Positions 1 through 9,687 of a stretch of DNA of 64,000 bases are shown here, one piece after another. Numbering within the stretch: position 1 is the stretch's first letter; each line of letters starts with the position of its first letter. The stretch covers positions 33,319-97,318 of the forward strand of contig JBFESP010000004.1 in the NCBI GenBank assembly GCA_041548485.1, in the 5' to 3' direction. The notes beneath the pieces were generated by a model, which saw only the letters and a list, made by a program, of their open reading frames with translations, did no database searches and had not been told where the DNA came from. The position numbers and the translations under genes were made by a program. This DNA is from Thermoplasmata archaeon. GTDB taxonomy: Archaea > Thermoplasmatota > Thermoplasmata > UBA10834.

Positions 1-631
1 TGAGACGATCCAGACCGATGACGTCGTCGAACATATCAAGGGTCCTCTCGTATCCCTTCGAAGTCCTCACGTCGTATCCTGCGGCATAGGCGTGACACGT
101 GTCGAAACACACTCCGACACCCTTCTGATCCTCGAGCAAGTCAATCATCTTCGCCAGCTGCTCGAACGAATGGCCAAGAACCGATCCCTGTCCGGCGGTA
201 ATCTCAAGGAGGGGTATCACGTCCGAAGACCCGAACTCAGCTCTGACCCAGTTCAATGATGCGGCAACTGCTTTGATCCCCGACTGTTCTCCGGATCCAA
301 CATGCGCCCCTGGGTGGAAGATGAGGTATCGTGCGCCCAGCAGTCTCGCTCGCTGCATCTCGTCAAGAAGCGCCTCACGGGACTTCTTCTGAAGAGCTTC
401 ATCTGGACTTGCCAGATTGACCAGGTAGGAATCGTGGATCACCGTCTCGACGATGCCGTTCCTGCTGATTTCCTCCCTGAATTGCGCGACGTCGCTCTCC
501 GCCAGCGGCTTGACCTTCCACTGCATCTGGTTCTTTGAGAATATCTGCATGCAGTCACAGGTGAGCGCTCGTCCTCGTCCGGGAGCCTTGAACACACCGC
601 CTGTGATTGAGACGTGAGCTCCAAGAAGCAC
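1..631 (-). CDS. nfo: Endonuclease IV (AP endonuclease family 2), 3' end runs off window
   Basis: Manual translation from GTG at 631: MLLGAHVSITGG...QIFSKNQ...HDSYLVNLASP...FHPG...LEITAGQG...CFDTCHAYAAGYD. These are the Endo IV metal-binding motifs. Missing from the ORF track because there is no stop in the window. Confidence 0.92.
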   Translation of the reverse strand, partial: MLLGAHVSITGGVFKAPGRGRALTCDCMQIFSKNQMQWKVKPLAESDVAQFREEISRNGIVETVIHDSYLVNLASPDEALQKKSREALLDEMQRARLLGARYLIFHPGAHVGSGEQSGIKAVAASLNWVRAEFGSSDVIPLLEITAGQGSVLGHSFEQLAKMIDLLEDQKGVGVCFDTCHAYAAGYDVRTSKGYERTLDMFDDVIGLDRL

Positions 632-679
632 TGCTACCCCTCGTGACCGTATACGCAGGAATGTAGATAAGGCTCAGGC

Positions 680-2545
680 TCAGAAATCCACCGTGAAGAG
701 ATATCCCCCATCAACCTGTGTGGATTTGGGAGGGACGCCCGCCTTGTGCATGAGCGCAATCATCGCAACGTTGTCTCTCATCACCTCGGCCGTGAATCCA
801 GCAATCTTCTTCGCTCTTGCGATCCGGACCATGGATTGCATGAGAAATGTCCCAATGCCCTTCCCCTGCCACCCGTCCGCGACAAGGAAAGCCGCTTCTG
901 CGCGGTTCGTAGCGGGGTTCAGATGGAAGCTCCCCACGCCAACCATCTTCTGTCTGGGCGGTCGTCCGTGTATGACCACGAGGGACATTTCGGTCTCATA
1001 GTCTATGCAGCAGAACTCCTGAAGTCTCCGGTGAGGCATCGATTTGAGCATGCTGAAGAACCTGCTTATGATGGACTGATCGCTCAGGTCGTAAAACATG
1101 TCACTCATCATTTCCTCGTCGGTAGGTCGAATCGGTCGGACGATGAGGTCGACGCCATCGCTCGTCACCATTGTGGTCACCAATTCCTCGGGGTAGATCC
1201 CGGCTTCCGGGAGGATCTGGTCACTGTAGATGTAGTGCAGCTCCTTAGCCTGAGCGAGAAGCTGCCTGCGGAACTTCGGATGTGCGACGCCAATCAATGC
1301 CATAGCCCTTTCGCGTATGCTCTTCCCGTGGAGGTACGCTACACCCCACTCGGTCACGACATAGTGCACATCGCCTCTGCTGGTGACGACGCCCGCTCCG
1401 GGCTTGAGCGTGATCACAATCCTCGATATCGCATCGTCCTTTGCAGTCGATGGCATGGCGATTATCGGCTTCCCGCCCTTCGACCGGGCAGCGCCCCTGA
1501 TGAAGTCAACCTGACCTCCGATTCCGGAGTAGAACATAGGACCGAGTGAATCGGCACAGACCTGACCAGTGAGGTCGACCTCGATGGCAGAGTTGATCGC
1601 CACCATCTTGTCGTTCTGCGCGATCACGAATGGGTCGTTGGTGTATTCGGTTGGATGGAACTCGATTGACGGGTTGTTGTCGACGAAATCGTAGAGCTTC
1701 TCGCTGCCCAGGCAGAAGGACGCGATCGTCTTGCCGGGATGGAGCGTCTTCTTTGAGTTGTTGAGCACGCCCCTCTCGAAGAGATCCATGAGACCGTCCG
1801 AGAACATCTCGGTATGTATCCCCAAGTCCTTCTTGTCGGTCAGATGATTCAGGACCGAATCGGGAATGGCGCCAATACCCATCTGAAGGGTGGACCCATC
1901 TTCGACAAGGTTCGCTACGTTGCGCCCGAGCCTCTCGGCCACTTCATTGGCGGGCTCCCAGTGCGATGTCAGCAATGGCTCATCTACGGGAACAACGAAA
2001 TCGATATCCTTGATGTTGATGAAGCAGTCCCCAAGGGCCCTGGGGGACCGGACATTCACCTCTGCAATAACCTTCGTGGCATTCTCCGATGCAGACTTCA
2101 CCACATCCGTCGATACGCCGTAGCTGCAGTATCCGAATTTGTCGGGCTCAGAAACCTGTATGAGTGCAACGTCGATCGGAGACTGTCCCGACGAGAACAA
2201 CGCGGGAATCTCGGATAGAAACACCGGTGTATAGTCGGCCCTTCCTTCCGCGATAGCCTGCCTCGTGTTCGCCCCTATGAAGAACGCATTGTGCCTGAAC
2301 TGATCAGTGAACTTCTCCTCGGTGTACGGTGCGACACCGAGTGTCATTATGTGCATGATCTTCGTATCAGCAAGCCTTCCAGCGGACTCGATCAGTGTAT
2401 TGACAAGCGTCTGCGGCTCAGCAGCGCCAGAACCGATGAATACCTTGTCCCCGCGTCTAATGCCTGAGATCGCCGCATCGGCGGTTCTGACCTTATGCTG
2501 AAACCGCTTCTGCCAATCTACCATCGCCCAGGACCGGTCTTTCAT
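680..2545 (-). CDS. Acetyl-CoA hydrolase/4-hydroxybutyrate CoA-transferase family fused to C-terminal GNAT acetyltransferase
   Basis: LQMGIGAIP, GIHTEMFSDG, SGIGGQVDF and VVTEWG motifs; C-terminal IRPIRPTD...WQGKGIG GNAT motif A. Start uncertain (2599/2545/2524). Confidence 0.88.
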   Translation of the reverse strand: MKDRSWAMVDWQKRFQHKVRTADAAISGIRRGDKVFIGSGAAEPQTLVNTLIESAGRLADTKIMHIMTLGVAPYTEEKFTDQFRHNAFFIGANTRQAIAEGRADYTPVFLSEIPALFSSGQSPIDVALIQVSEPDKFGYCSYGVSTDVVKSASENATKVIAEVNVRSPRALGDCFINIKDIDFVVPVDEPLLTSHWEPANEVAERLGRNVANLVEDGSTLQMGIGAIPDSVLNHLTDKKDLGIHTEMFSDGLMDLFERGVLNNSKKTLHPGKTIASFCLGSEKLYDFVDNNPSIEFHPTEYTNDPFVIAQNDKMVAINSAIEVDLTGQVCADSLGPMFYSGIGGQVDFIRGAARSKGGKPIIAMPSTAKDDAISRIVITLKPGAGVVTSRGDVHYVVTEWGVAYLHGKSIRERAMALIGVAHPKFRRQLLAQAKELHYIYSDQILPEAGIYPEELVTTMVTSDGVDLIVRPIRPTDEEMMSDMFYDLSDQSIISRFFSMLKSMPHRRLQEFCCIDYETEMSLVVIHGRPPRQKMVGVGSFHLNPATNRAEAAFLVADGWQGKGIGTFLMQSMVRIARAKKIAGFTAEVMRDNVAMIALMHKAGVPPKSTQVDGGYLFTVDF

Positions 2546-2702
2546 CTGATTCGCTGAAGAAGTACTGTCTGAGGCATTATAACGCTTTGGAACCGACAAG
2601 GGAGGGCTCGTTCCTCCTTCAGGCCAGACATCCCTCTTCAGTGAACAGGTCTGAGCGGCCTGACGGCCCCGGCCAGGGTGGTCGAGCCTGTCAAGCGCGA
2701 CA

Positions 2703-3011
2703 TCAAAGTGTGCCTATGAACGTCTTCAACGCCTCCAACTCCTGCCCCACCCGCAAAACGGCCTTCTGTGAATCCGAGAATGTAAGCTCTGGATGCTCAG
2801 CCTTGAGGCTGTCGAATATCTCAGCGGGGGATATCTGATGCAGTTCGGCCAGTATGATGCCCTTGTGCTCGTACAACGCCCTGAGAGGCGGTTCTAGAAG
2901 AGGAGCGATATCGAAGTCGCCCGTTAGCCACGTTTCGAGGTCCTCCTGCTCCATCTGGCCAAGGTTGTTGAGGAGAAATCGCCTGATCGCCTTCTTCCAT
3001 TCGGTCTCCAT
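2703..3011 (-). CDS. Hypothetical protein (102 aa, acidic, helical)
   Basis: Clean ORF filling the gap between CoA-transferase and mttB-like gene; no recognised motif. Confidence 0.65.
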   Translation of the reverse strand: METEWKKAIRRFLLNNLGQMEQEDLETWLTGDFDIAPLLEPPLRALYEHKGIILAELHQISPAEIFDSLKAEHPELTFSDSQKAVLRVGQELEALKTFIGTL

Positions 3012-3128
3012 TCTGCCTGCCTCGTTCTACACCCGGAATGCCTGAATGAGCATTAATCTTCCCCCTCAAAGCCAAAAGGTTCTTGATGGCCGAGCGCTTC
3101 ACCCGGTCTGCTTAGGAGATACGGGACC

Positions 3129-4553
3129 ATGGCGAACGCTAGGATGCGCTTTCTCGGCAATGAGGAGATTGAGAGGATACATTCGACAGCCTTGAGGATC
3201 CTTGGGGAAGTGGGTGTGCTCGTACACAGCGATGAGGTGTGCGACCTACTGCTGGGGGCTGGGGCGGAAAGGGCGGAGGATGGACGAAGAATCACCATAT
3301 CGGAGGACGTCGTCAGGGCAGCGCTCGCCAGCGCTCCTAAGACGATCCTGCTGGCATCGGCTGACGGCGACCACGATATCACGATACCATCAAGGGACGG
3401 GGATCTCTATGTGGCCAACGGAGGAGAGGGAGTCAGGATGGTCGACCTCATCACGGGGGAGACGAGGCCCTCCGGATCGCCTGACCTGCGCAACTTCGCC
3501 AAACTCATAGACGCCCTTCCCCAGATCGACTTCTACTGGGCTATGGTGGGGGCGCTCGAAGAACCTTCAGCCACGAAAGAGGTGGTGGAGATGAAGATCT
3601 CCCTGGAGTGGACCTCCAAGCACATCCAGATGGGGGCGACCACAGCGGACCAGGCGAGGAAGATGATACAGATGGCGGCGATCCTCACGAACGGCCCGGA
3701 GAACCTCGCGAAGCGCCCGATCATCTCTGCAGTGCAGTGCCCGATCTCCCCTCTCACTTTCGAGAAGGGGCTGGTCGAGGCGCAGGTGGAGTTCGCCAGG
3801 GGTGGTATTCCTGTCATCGCCATGGCCGCAACGGTTGCCGGGCTCACGTCGCCCATAACCATCGCTGGGACGATAGCGCAGATAACCGCGGAGAACCTGG
3901 CGAGCCTCGTGATATCCCAGGCTGCTCGGAAGGGCGCGCCTTTCATCTTCAGCTCGGACTCAAGCCCTGGAGACCTCAAGACGGGGTCGATAGACTATGG
4001 CGGGCTCGAGACGCCACTCTTCAGGACGGCGGCGGGTGAGATGGGAGAGTATCTTGGTCTCCCGAAGATGGTGGCGGGGATAGGACTCGAGAACCTGTCC
4101 TCGACCATGGGCAACCTATGGGAAGGTGTCGCCTACGTCATGACCCAATCCCTGGTGCCGTCCGACCTCGGCTCGGGTCCCGGGGGGCTGGACCAGGCAG
4201 TGGGAGCATCCTACGAGCAGTTAGTGCTCGACGCGTGGGTCTGGGAGATCGCACGCGAACTCAGGCGCGAGTTCGACGCGAGCGATGACGCCGTCTCATA
4301 CGAGACCATCGCGTCTGCGGGTGTCGATGGCAACTTCCTCGGGAAGAAGCACACGGCGACGAGGTTCAAGAGCGAGTGCACCTCGACGCGCATGCCCGAG
4401 ACTACGATGAGCATGCGCCTGAGGGACGCGGTCAGGGGCGAAGCGATCGCAAGGGCTCACGAAGAGGCGAAGAGGATCCTGGATAAGCAGTGGAAGCCCA
4501 AGATAAGCCCCGAGCAGTCTGCGAGGATGGACGACATCGCGTACGGACGATGA
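3129..4553 (+). CDS. MttB superfamily (trimethylamine/quaternary amine:corrinoid methyltransferase), non-pyrrolysine type
   Basis: N-terminal EEIERIHSTALRILGEVGV, ISPL, AGLTSPITIAG...AENLA and DLKTG motifs; no in-frame TAG. Confidence 0.85.
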   Translation: MANARMRFLGNEEIERIHSTALRILGEVGVLVHSDEVCDLLLGAGAERAEDGRRITISEDVVRAALASAPKTILLASADGDHDITIPSRDGDLYVANGGEGVRMVDLITGETRPSGSPDLRNFAKLIDALPQIDFYWAMVGALEEPSATKEVVEMKISLEWTSKHIQMGATTADQARKMIQMAAILTNGPENLAKRPIISAVQCPISPLTFEKGLVEAQVEFARGGIPVIAMAATVAGLTSPITIAGTIAQITAENLASLVISQAARKGAPFIFSSDSSPGDLKTGSIDYGGLETPLFRTAAGEMGEYLGLPKMVAGIGLENLSSTMGNLWEGVAYVMTQSLVPSDLGSGPGGLDQAVGASYEQLVLDAWVWEIARELRREFDASDDAVSYETIASAGVDGNFLGKKHTATRFKSECTSTRMPETTMSMRLRDAVRGEAIARAHEEAKRILDKQWKPKISPEQSARMDDIAYGR

Positions 4554-4564
4554 GAAGGGAGGTG

Positions 4565-4638
4565 CGCCCGAGCTGGGATTCGAACCCAGGTCTAGAGCTC
4601 CGCAAGCTCCTAGGATATCCAAGCTACCCCACTCGGGC
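4565..4638 (-). tRNA. tRNA-Arg(GCG)
   Basis: Reverse complement folds as a cloverleaf: GCCCGAG/CTCGGGC acceptor, GGAGC-TTGCGGA-GCTCT anticodon arm, CTGGGTTCGAATCCCAG T arm. Confidence 0.95.
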
Positions 4639-4704
4639 TTGACCTGTGGCGTCAGCCCCCTCCATGCGGACAACGGTAGAAATACCTAACCGTAGGGGCG
4701 ACGC

Positions 4705-5583
4705 TCAATAGGCGGTCGTCCAGTCCACCTTACCTTTCTTGCGAGCGATGTTGTCCGCCACCCTGAACACGCCTATCGACATGATGAAGAACACGCCTGC
4801 AGAGACAAGCAACAGCGCCATGAGGGTGAGATCGCTCATGCCGCCCATCCCTGTGACATCGTATCCGGAGGACGCCGCGAGGCCATCCATGGCCTCTGGC
4901 ACGACCGCGCGCCTGACGACCTCCATCCAGTAGGTCACAGGCAGGAACTTCGAGATCGTCTGAGCCCATGACGGCAGTATCGTGATCGGGAACACCACCC
5001 CCGACATCACATAGAACACTCCCGCCAACCCTTCGTTGATGCCTATGCTGTGCTTCGCCGTGAGGAACGACACGCCCCCCATGGCGAGGCCGAGGATGCA
5101 TATGCAAAGTAGTCCGACAGCGAGTGACGGCACCAGCAACAGCCAATCGACCGCCCCGAGGTCGATCCCGACGCCGAGCGCGAGCACGCCGAACACGAGA
5201 GTGATGAAGACTCCGAACGACGTTATGGCTATCTTGATCGCCGACCTGCCGAATATGTAGACGTAGAAGTTCATGGGCGCCATGTAGACGTGCTTCAACG
5301 TCATGTAGTGCTCCCTGTCGTCGTGGATGACCCATGTGACGCCGAACAGGACCTCGGCCACGAACATGTACAGGGCGTTCCCGACGTACATGTACGAGAA
5401 GAAGTCGTTGGCCGTCTCGCCGCCGGTGATGACCAGGTACATGAACACCAGGATGAGCGTGCCTGCTATCGGCTTGACAATCGAGTATGTAGCGAACAGG
5501 AACGGGTCGGTCCAGTTGGCCTCCATCTGCCATCCGAGCCAGGCGGAGTCCTTGAGTAGCCTGAGATCTCTGATCACTGCCAT
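4705..5583 (-). CDS. ABC-2 type transporter permease
   Basis: Multiple TM segments, SGVVFPITILPSW motif; start moved to ATG 5583, which overlaps the upstream stop. Confidence 0.85.
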   Translation of the reverse strand: MAVIRDLRLLKDSAWLGWQMEANWTDPFLFATYSIVKPIAGTLILVFMYLVITGGETANDFFSYMYVGNALYMFVAEVLFGVTWVIHDDREHYMTLKHVYMAPMNFYVYIFGRSAIKIAITSFGVFITLVFGVLALGVGIDLGAVDWLLLVPSLAVGLLCICILGLAMGGVSFLTAKHSIGINEGLAGVFYVMSGVVFPITILPSWAQTISKFLPVTYWMEVVRRAVVPEAMDGLAASSGYDVTGMGGMSDLTLMALLLVSAGVFFIMSIGVFRVADNIARKKGKVDWTTAY

Positions 5584-6395
5584 CTCAATGTCAGCCTCCC
5601 AGTTGTCTTCCCGAGATGCTCCATGTATCTCAGGGCGTATCTCGCGAGCAACATGAACACGACGCAGAGCACGCACAACACAGCTATCTCGGTGTTCACC
5701 GACAAGAACGCGTCGTCCGCCCCTGCTGGGAATATCACCTGCCTCATCGCATCAAGGCCGAGTGTTACCGGGATTATCGACGCGCCGGCTGCAGCCCAGA
5801 AGCCAAGACACCTCACTGGGAAGTAGAACCCTGTGGCGAAGTAGATCGGCTCCATCATGAGGGAGGATAGATGGTAGGCCTCCCTTCCGAGAAGCAGGTA
5901 GAGAGAGGCGAACATCATGCCCATGCCGTAGAGAGAGATCATTGTGACCACGAACACGACGAGCAAGGTGACCGGGCTGCCCAGGGAGAAGATGACGTCG
6001 AAGGCTATCACGCCGACCACCACAGTAGCCGCCGCCTGTATCGTCGTCTCGACCAGCCCGCCCACCGCCATCCCCGCCAAGATGGACATCCTGGAGGTCG
6101 GGGCCATGAGATAGAGCGACAGATTGCCGATCTCCTTCTCCCAGTACAACTGGGATGCCATGCTCCAGAGTATGTTGAGCCAGAAGGCGGTCATGGCACC
6201 GCCCAGGACGACATAGCCGATGAACTCGGCGTCTGCTTCCAGGAAGCGGTAGACGTACGCGTAACCTGCGATGGTGAACAACGGAAGCACGACATCGAAG
6301 AAGAACCAGCTGGGCTCCCTGGTGGAGCCGATGAGTCTGGGATACGCCCTTCCACGGATCGCCCTCAGGTTACTTATCAGAGGGCTCTCACTCAT
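5574..6395 (-). CDS. ABC-2 type transporter permease
   Basis: WEKEIGNL, TGFYFPV, IPVTLGLDAMR; overlaps neighbours. Confidence 0.85.
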   Translation of the reverse strand: MSESPLISNLRAIRGRAYPRLIGSTREPSWFFFDVVLPLFTIAGYAYVYRFLEADAEFIGYVVLGGAMTAFWLNILWSMASQLYWEKEIGNLSLYLMAPTSRMSILAGMAVGGLVETTIQAAATVVVGVIAFDVIFSLGSPVTLLVVFVVTMISLYGMGMMFASLYLLLGREAYHLSSLMMEPIYFATGFYFPVRCLGFWAAAGASIIPVTLGLDAMRQVIFPAGADDAFLSVNTEIAVLCVLCVVFMLLARYALRYMEHLGKTTGRLTLRWQ

Positions 6396-7369
6396 TCGAG
6401 CCCTCTCCCCACGAGCTTAATGAAGACATCCTCGAGAGTCGGCTCGGTCTTCTGCAGCGAGAGGATCTTCGACCCCTTCCCCAGGACCGTCGATACGATA
6501 TCTGACACGGACGACTCGTCCTCCAGGACGAACCTCAGGGTCGTCTCGTTGCCTCCCGCGTCCTTGGTGGACGAGAAGTTGCCGATGCCCGGTATGGAAC
6601 TGAAGTCGTTGATGTCGTTGAGCCCGCCGACCGACAAGGTCAGAGTCGAGTTCATCCTGACCAGCTTCTTCAGGTTGTGTGGGGTGTCGCACGCGAGGAT
6701 CTTGCCGTCGTCTATGATGGCAATCCTGTCGCATAGCTCGTCCGCCTCCATCATGTAGTGCGTCGTAAGCAGAACCGTTCTGTTGCGGTCCTCACGTATC
6801 CAGTCGACGACGAATTCCCTCACCGTCCTCGCGGCGTTGACGTCCAGACCGAGGGTCGGTTCGTCGAGGAATATGATCTCGGGATTCGTCACGAACCCCC
6901 TGATCACGTTCATCTTCTGCCGCTGGCCCGTCGAGAGCGTCCTGACCTTCTCCTTGTCCTTGTCCCGGAGGCCGAATCTGTCAAGGAGAGCATCGATCCT
7001 CTGATGGGCCTCTTTGCTCTTCACTCCGTAGAACTGCGAGAACATCCACAGGTTCTCACGGACCGTGAGAAGACCATATCCGGATATCTCTCCCCCGGAC
7101 ACCATGTTGATGCGCTTCCGGACCTCCTGCAAGTCTTTCGCGACGTCGAAACCCGCGACGTACGCCTTCCCTGAGGTGGGTAGCAGCAGCGTGCTCAGTA
7201 TCTTGAGTATGGTCGTCTTCCCAGCCCCGTTGGGGCCGAGAACGCCGAACAACTCACCCCTGTCGATCCTCAGGTCCACTGAGTCGAGGGCCGTGACTAT
7301 CTTGCCCTCCTTCTTCTTCTTGGGTCGGAAGACCCTCGTCAGAGACTGAGTCTCAACAGCATGCTGCAT
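6392..7369 (-). CDS. ABC transporter ATP-binding protein (DrrA-like exporter)
   Basis: Walker A GPNGAGKT, LSTGQ signature, IIFLDEPT, TTH, C-terminal PTLEDVF. Confidence 0.93.
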   Translation of the reverse strand: MQHAVETQSLTRVFRPKKKKEGKIVTALDSVDLRIDRGELFGVLGPNGAGKTTILKILSTLLLPTSGKAYVAGFDVAKDLQEVRKRINMVSGGEISGYGLLTVRENLWMFSQFYGVKSKEAHQRIDALLDRFGLRDKDKEKVRTLSTGQRQKMNVIRGFVTNPEIIFLDEPTLGLDVNAARTVREFVVDWIREDRNRTVLLTTHYMMEADELCDRIAIIDDGKILACDTPHNLKKLVRMNSTLTLSVGGLNDINDFSSIPGIGNFSSTKDAGGNETTLRFVLEDESSVSDIVSTVLGKGSKILSLQKTEPTLEDVFIKLVGRGLE

Positions 7370-7471
7370 TCAGATACCTGCCTTATGCGCTTCGTCATAC
7401 AAAGCATCGGATGGAGCGGAAGTGTGCGCCGTTGACCGGTGAACGCCTTCCTTTCAGACAACCATGCCAGG

Positions 7472-7663
7472 TCACGCCTCGTACTGAGTCCTGTACCTGG
7501 TGACATAGCCAGCGATCTTGTTCCTCATGGAGACGGAGCGCACATCGGTGAGCTTCGAGACCATCTGCTTGTTGTGCTGGTAGTCACTCGTGAACTGTTC
7601 CGGATACTTATGGACCAGCTCGACGGCTACCCGCTTGATGTATGTTGGCCTTATGTTTCCCAT
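7472..7663 (-). CDS. rps17e: 30S ribosomal protein S17e
   Basis: MGNIRPTYIKR...RNKIAGYVTR. Confidence 0.95.
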   Translation of the reverse strand: MGNIRPTYIKRVAVELVHKYPEQFTSDYQHNKQMVSKLTDVRSVSMRNKIAGYVTRYRTQYEA

Positions 7664-7747
7664 ACCAGCTCACCGTGAAGGGCTCCGAAGGAGAAGGGTA
7701 TATATATGATTTGTGGGGACAGGTGCAGGGAGCCACGCGCGCATGTT

Positions 7748-8464
7748 TCAGTCGCCAGCGCGCGAGATCTCAACCAGAAGTTCCTCATCGGACGGTAGGC
7801 TGTTGTCCGCGTAGGGTCTGCCGCACGAATATTCTCCCTCGGGGCATGACCCCCTGAAGCATCCCGGGCCCGCATCAGCGAAGAGGATGGGAGCGGCCTT
7901 CCTTGCCTCAGCCAACATCTTCCAGGCCATCAGGCGGATCTCCCACTGCGCCCGCCTGCAGCACCTGAGTCTGAAGAGATGCCAAAGCTCCCTGGCGTTC
8001 ATCGTGACGGTTATGTTGGTGTGGCATGCGTTCGGGAGCGCGTACCTCGCGTCCTCCTTCGGCATCTTCTGCGCCAGCTCACGATACGCCACCCAAGCAT
8101 CGTCCATAGCCTTATCGTAGAGCATCTTGGCCCCGGGGTCCGCCGATATCTTCGGAGGGGTCACATACTCCGCCTTGTCCATGCTGACATATCGTTGACT
8201 CTGCTGGGAATAGGACGCGATCCGGTGTCTCACCAGTTGATGTGTCAGTGACCTTGATACGCCCTCGATACTGAACGTGAAATGAGCGTGCTCCACCACG
8301 GAGAGATGGCCCATGCCGACGACCTTCTCTATCATCCTCTTCGCCCGGTCATCAGAGGTCGTCTCGAACAACTCGGTCGCGCCCTCCTCGGAGTAGCACG
8401 ACTGAGCAGCCGCGGCGCAGATCCTGTCAGGATTCCTTGTGTAGTCGACGAGTGTTACCTTCAC
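7748..8464 (-). CDS. thyX: FAD-dependent thymidylate synthase
   Basis: GHLSVVEH, RHRIASYSQQSQRY (RHRX7S), NAREL, AQWEIR. Confidence 0.95.
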   Translation of the reverse strand: MKVTLVDYTRNPDRICAAAAQSCYSEEGATELFETTSDDRAKRMIEKVVGMGHLSVVEHAHFTFSIEGVSRSLTHQLVRHRIASYSQQSQRYVSMDKAEYVTPPKISADPGAKMLYDKAMDDAWVAYRELAQKMPKEDARYALPNACHTNITVTMNARELWHLFRLRCCRRAQWEIRLMAWKMLAEARKAAPILFADAGPGCFRGSCPEGEYSCGRPYADNSLPSDEELLVEISRAGD

Positions 8465-8800
8465 GTGCGCACCAGCCGGGTAAGGCGGCTAAACGGGTTT
8501 CCTCTGTGATAACCTTTTAGGGGCTCTGGGCATGCGATCAGTCAAGCCGGATTGACTCGAGACTCCTTCCCTTTCTTCATGCCCTTCGTCCAGGAGGAGC
8601 AGGGGCAGAGGGATTCGAACCTCTGCTGAGCCAGTATGTCCGAAGCCTGAAGAGATCGGGCGAGAGTCCACGCCGGGGGCGACCCCTCCCCTCGTCTCCT
8701 TCCCGCATCGGTAATCAGAACGGGTCTCCCCCGTGGCTCGGGTTCTGAAAGTTATTTATAGGACACATTATGTTATGTATAGCGCACTAAGGTGTGTTTC

Positions 8801-9253
8801 ATGAAAGAGATGACAAAACTCGTGCTGCTTGCTGTGCCTCTCGCCATTCTCGTCGGCTACTCATGGTTGTTTGTGCTACCCTACTACTCGTATGTCGATC
8901 CCCTGGATAGAGCGCCTGGCCCCGTCATCCTTGGGACCATCTGGGCCGTTGGCATCACCATCGCGTCCGCGGTCATAGTCATAAGGCAGTATCGTGCCGT
9001 TCGAGTGGGATTCCGACTGAATGATGAACGCAGTAGGGGGATAGCATTGCGGGCTGGTTACTACTCGTTCTGGATCTCAGTTGGATGGTGGCTCCTTCTC
9101 AATTTCGTCATCCTATCAGACACAGGAGCATTGGGACTTCTATCCATTGACAAAGCTCCGGAGGCGTTGTTCGGAGGAATGCTGGCACTGCCCGCAATCT
9201 TCTTCATTGTCTGGTCATATCTGACACACAGGTACAGGCCGGGTCCTGGGTGA
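8801..9253 (+). CDS. Small membrane protein, DUF2178-like
   Basis: 4 TM segments with DER-x-x-I-x-x-RAGYYSF motif; AGGTG SD before ATG 8801; adjacent to an XRE regulator as is typical. Confidence 0.65.
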   Translation: MKEMTKLVLLAVPLAILVGYSWLFVLPYYSYVDPLDRAPGPVILGTIWAVGITIASAVIVIRQYRAVRVGFRLNDERSRGIALRAGYYSFWISVGWWLLLNFVILSDTGALGLLSIDKAPEALFGGMLALPAIFFIVWSYLTHRYRPGPG

Positions 9254-9257
9254 TTCA

Positions 9258-9452
9258 TTGAAGACGAGAATAAAGGAGCTCAGGGCAAGGCATTCGATGA
9301 CCCAGGACGACCTGGCAAAGCTTGTTGGCGCCAGGAGGGAGACGATTCTAGCTATCGAAAACGGCAGGTACTACCCCTCCGTGAAACTCGCTCATGATAT
9401 TGCCTTAATCCTTCATACCACGATTGAAGAGATATTCATGTTCGACGAGTAG
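9258..9452 (+). CDS. XRE/Cro-type HTH transcriptional regulator
   Basis: IKELRARHSMTQDDLAKLVGARRETILAIENGRYYPS. Confidence 0.9.
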   Translation: MKTRIKELRARHSMTQDDLAKLVGARRETILAIENGRYYPSVKLAHDIALILHTTIEEIFMFDE

Positions 9453-9687
9453 AACGATTATTCCGAGCAGACGGTCTAAGAACCGCTGGAGGTGCCTTCG
9501 TGGAAGATCTCCTGCGCTTCATGCCATTCCCCTCGACCAGACTTCCGATGGCGCCGCTCTTATGATCGTTTCTCAGGAATAGTGGGACTTGTGGAGATGG
9601 GAGCCACAAAACTGTCCACCTACGCCGATTAGGCCTTCCCCTCTGAATCCTTTTCATGAGGACGTCACCCCTGGTGTAACGACATCC

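Noticed and set aside
3129-4553. Pyrrolysine-containing methylamine methyltransferase implying methanogenesis
   Set aside because: No in-frame amber codon, and no pyl, corrinoid or mcr genes in the window.
8590-8700. Functional tRNA (including tRNA-Sec, from a TTCA loop) or hammerhead ribozyme (CTGAAGA)
   Set aside because: D arm, anticodon stem and acceptor geometry do not fit a tRNA, and there is no correctly placed GAAA or stem II for a hammerhead. Kept only as an unassigned structured region.
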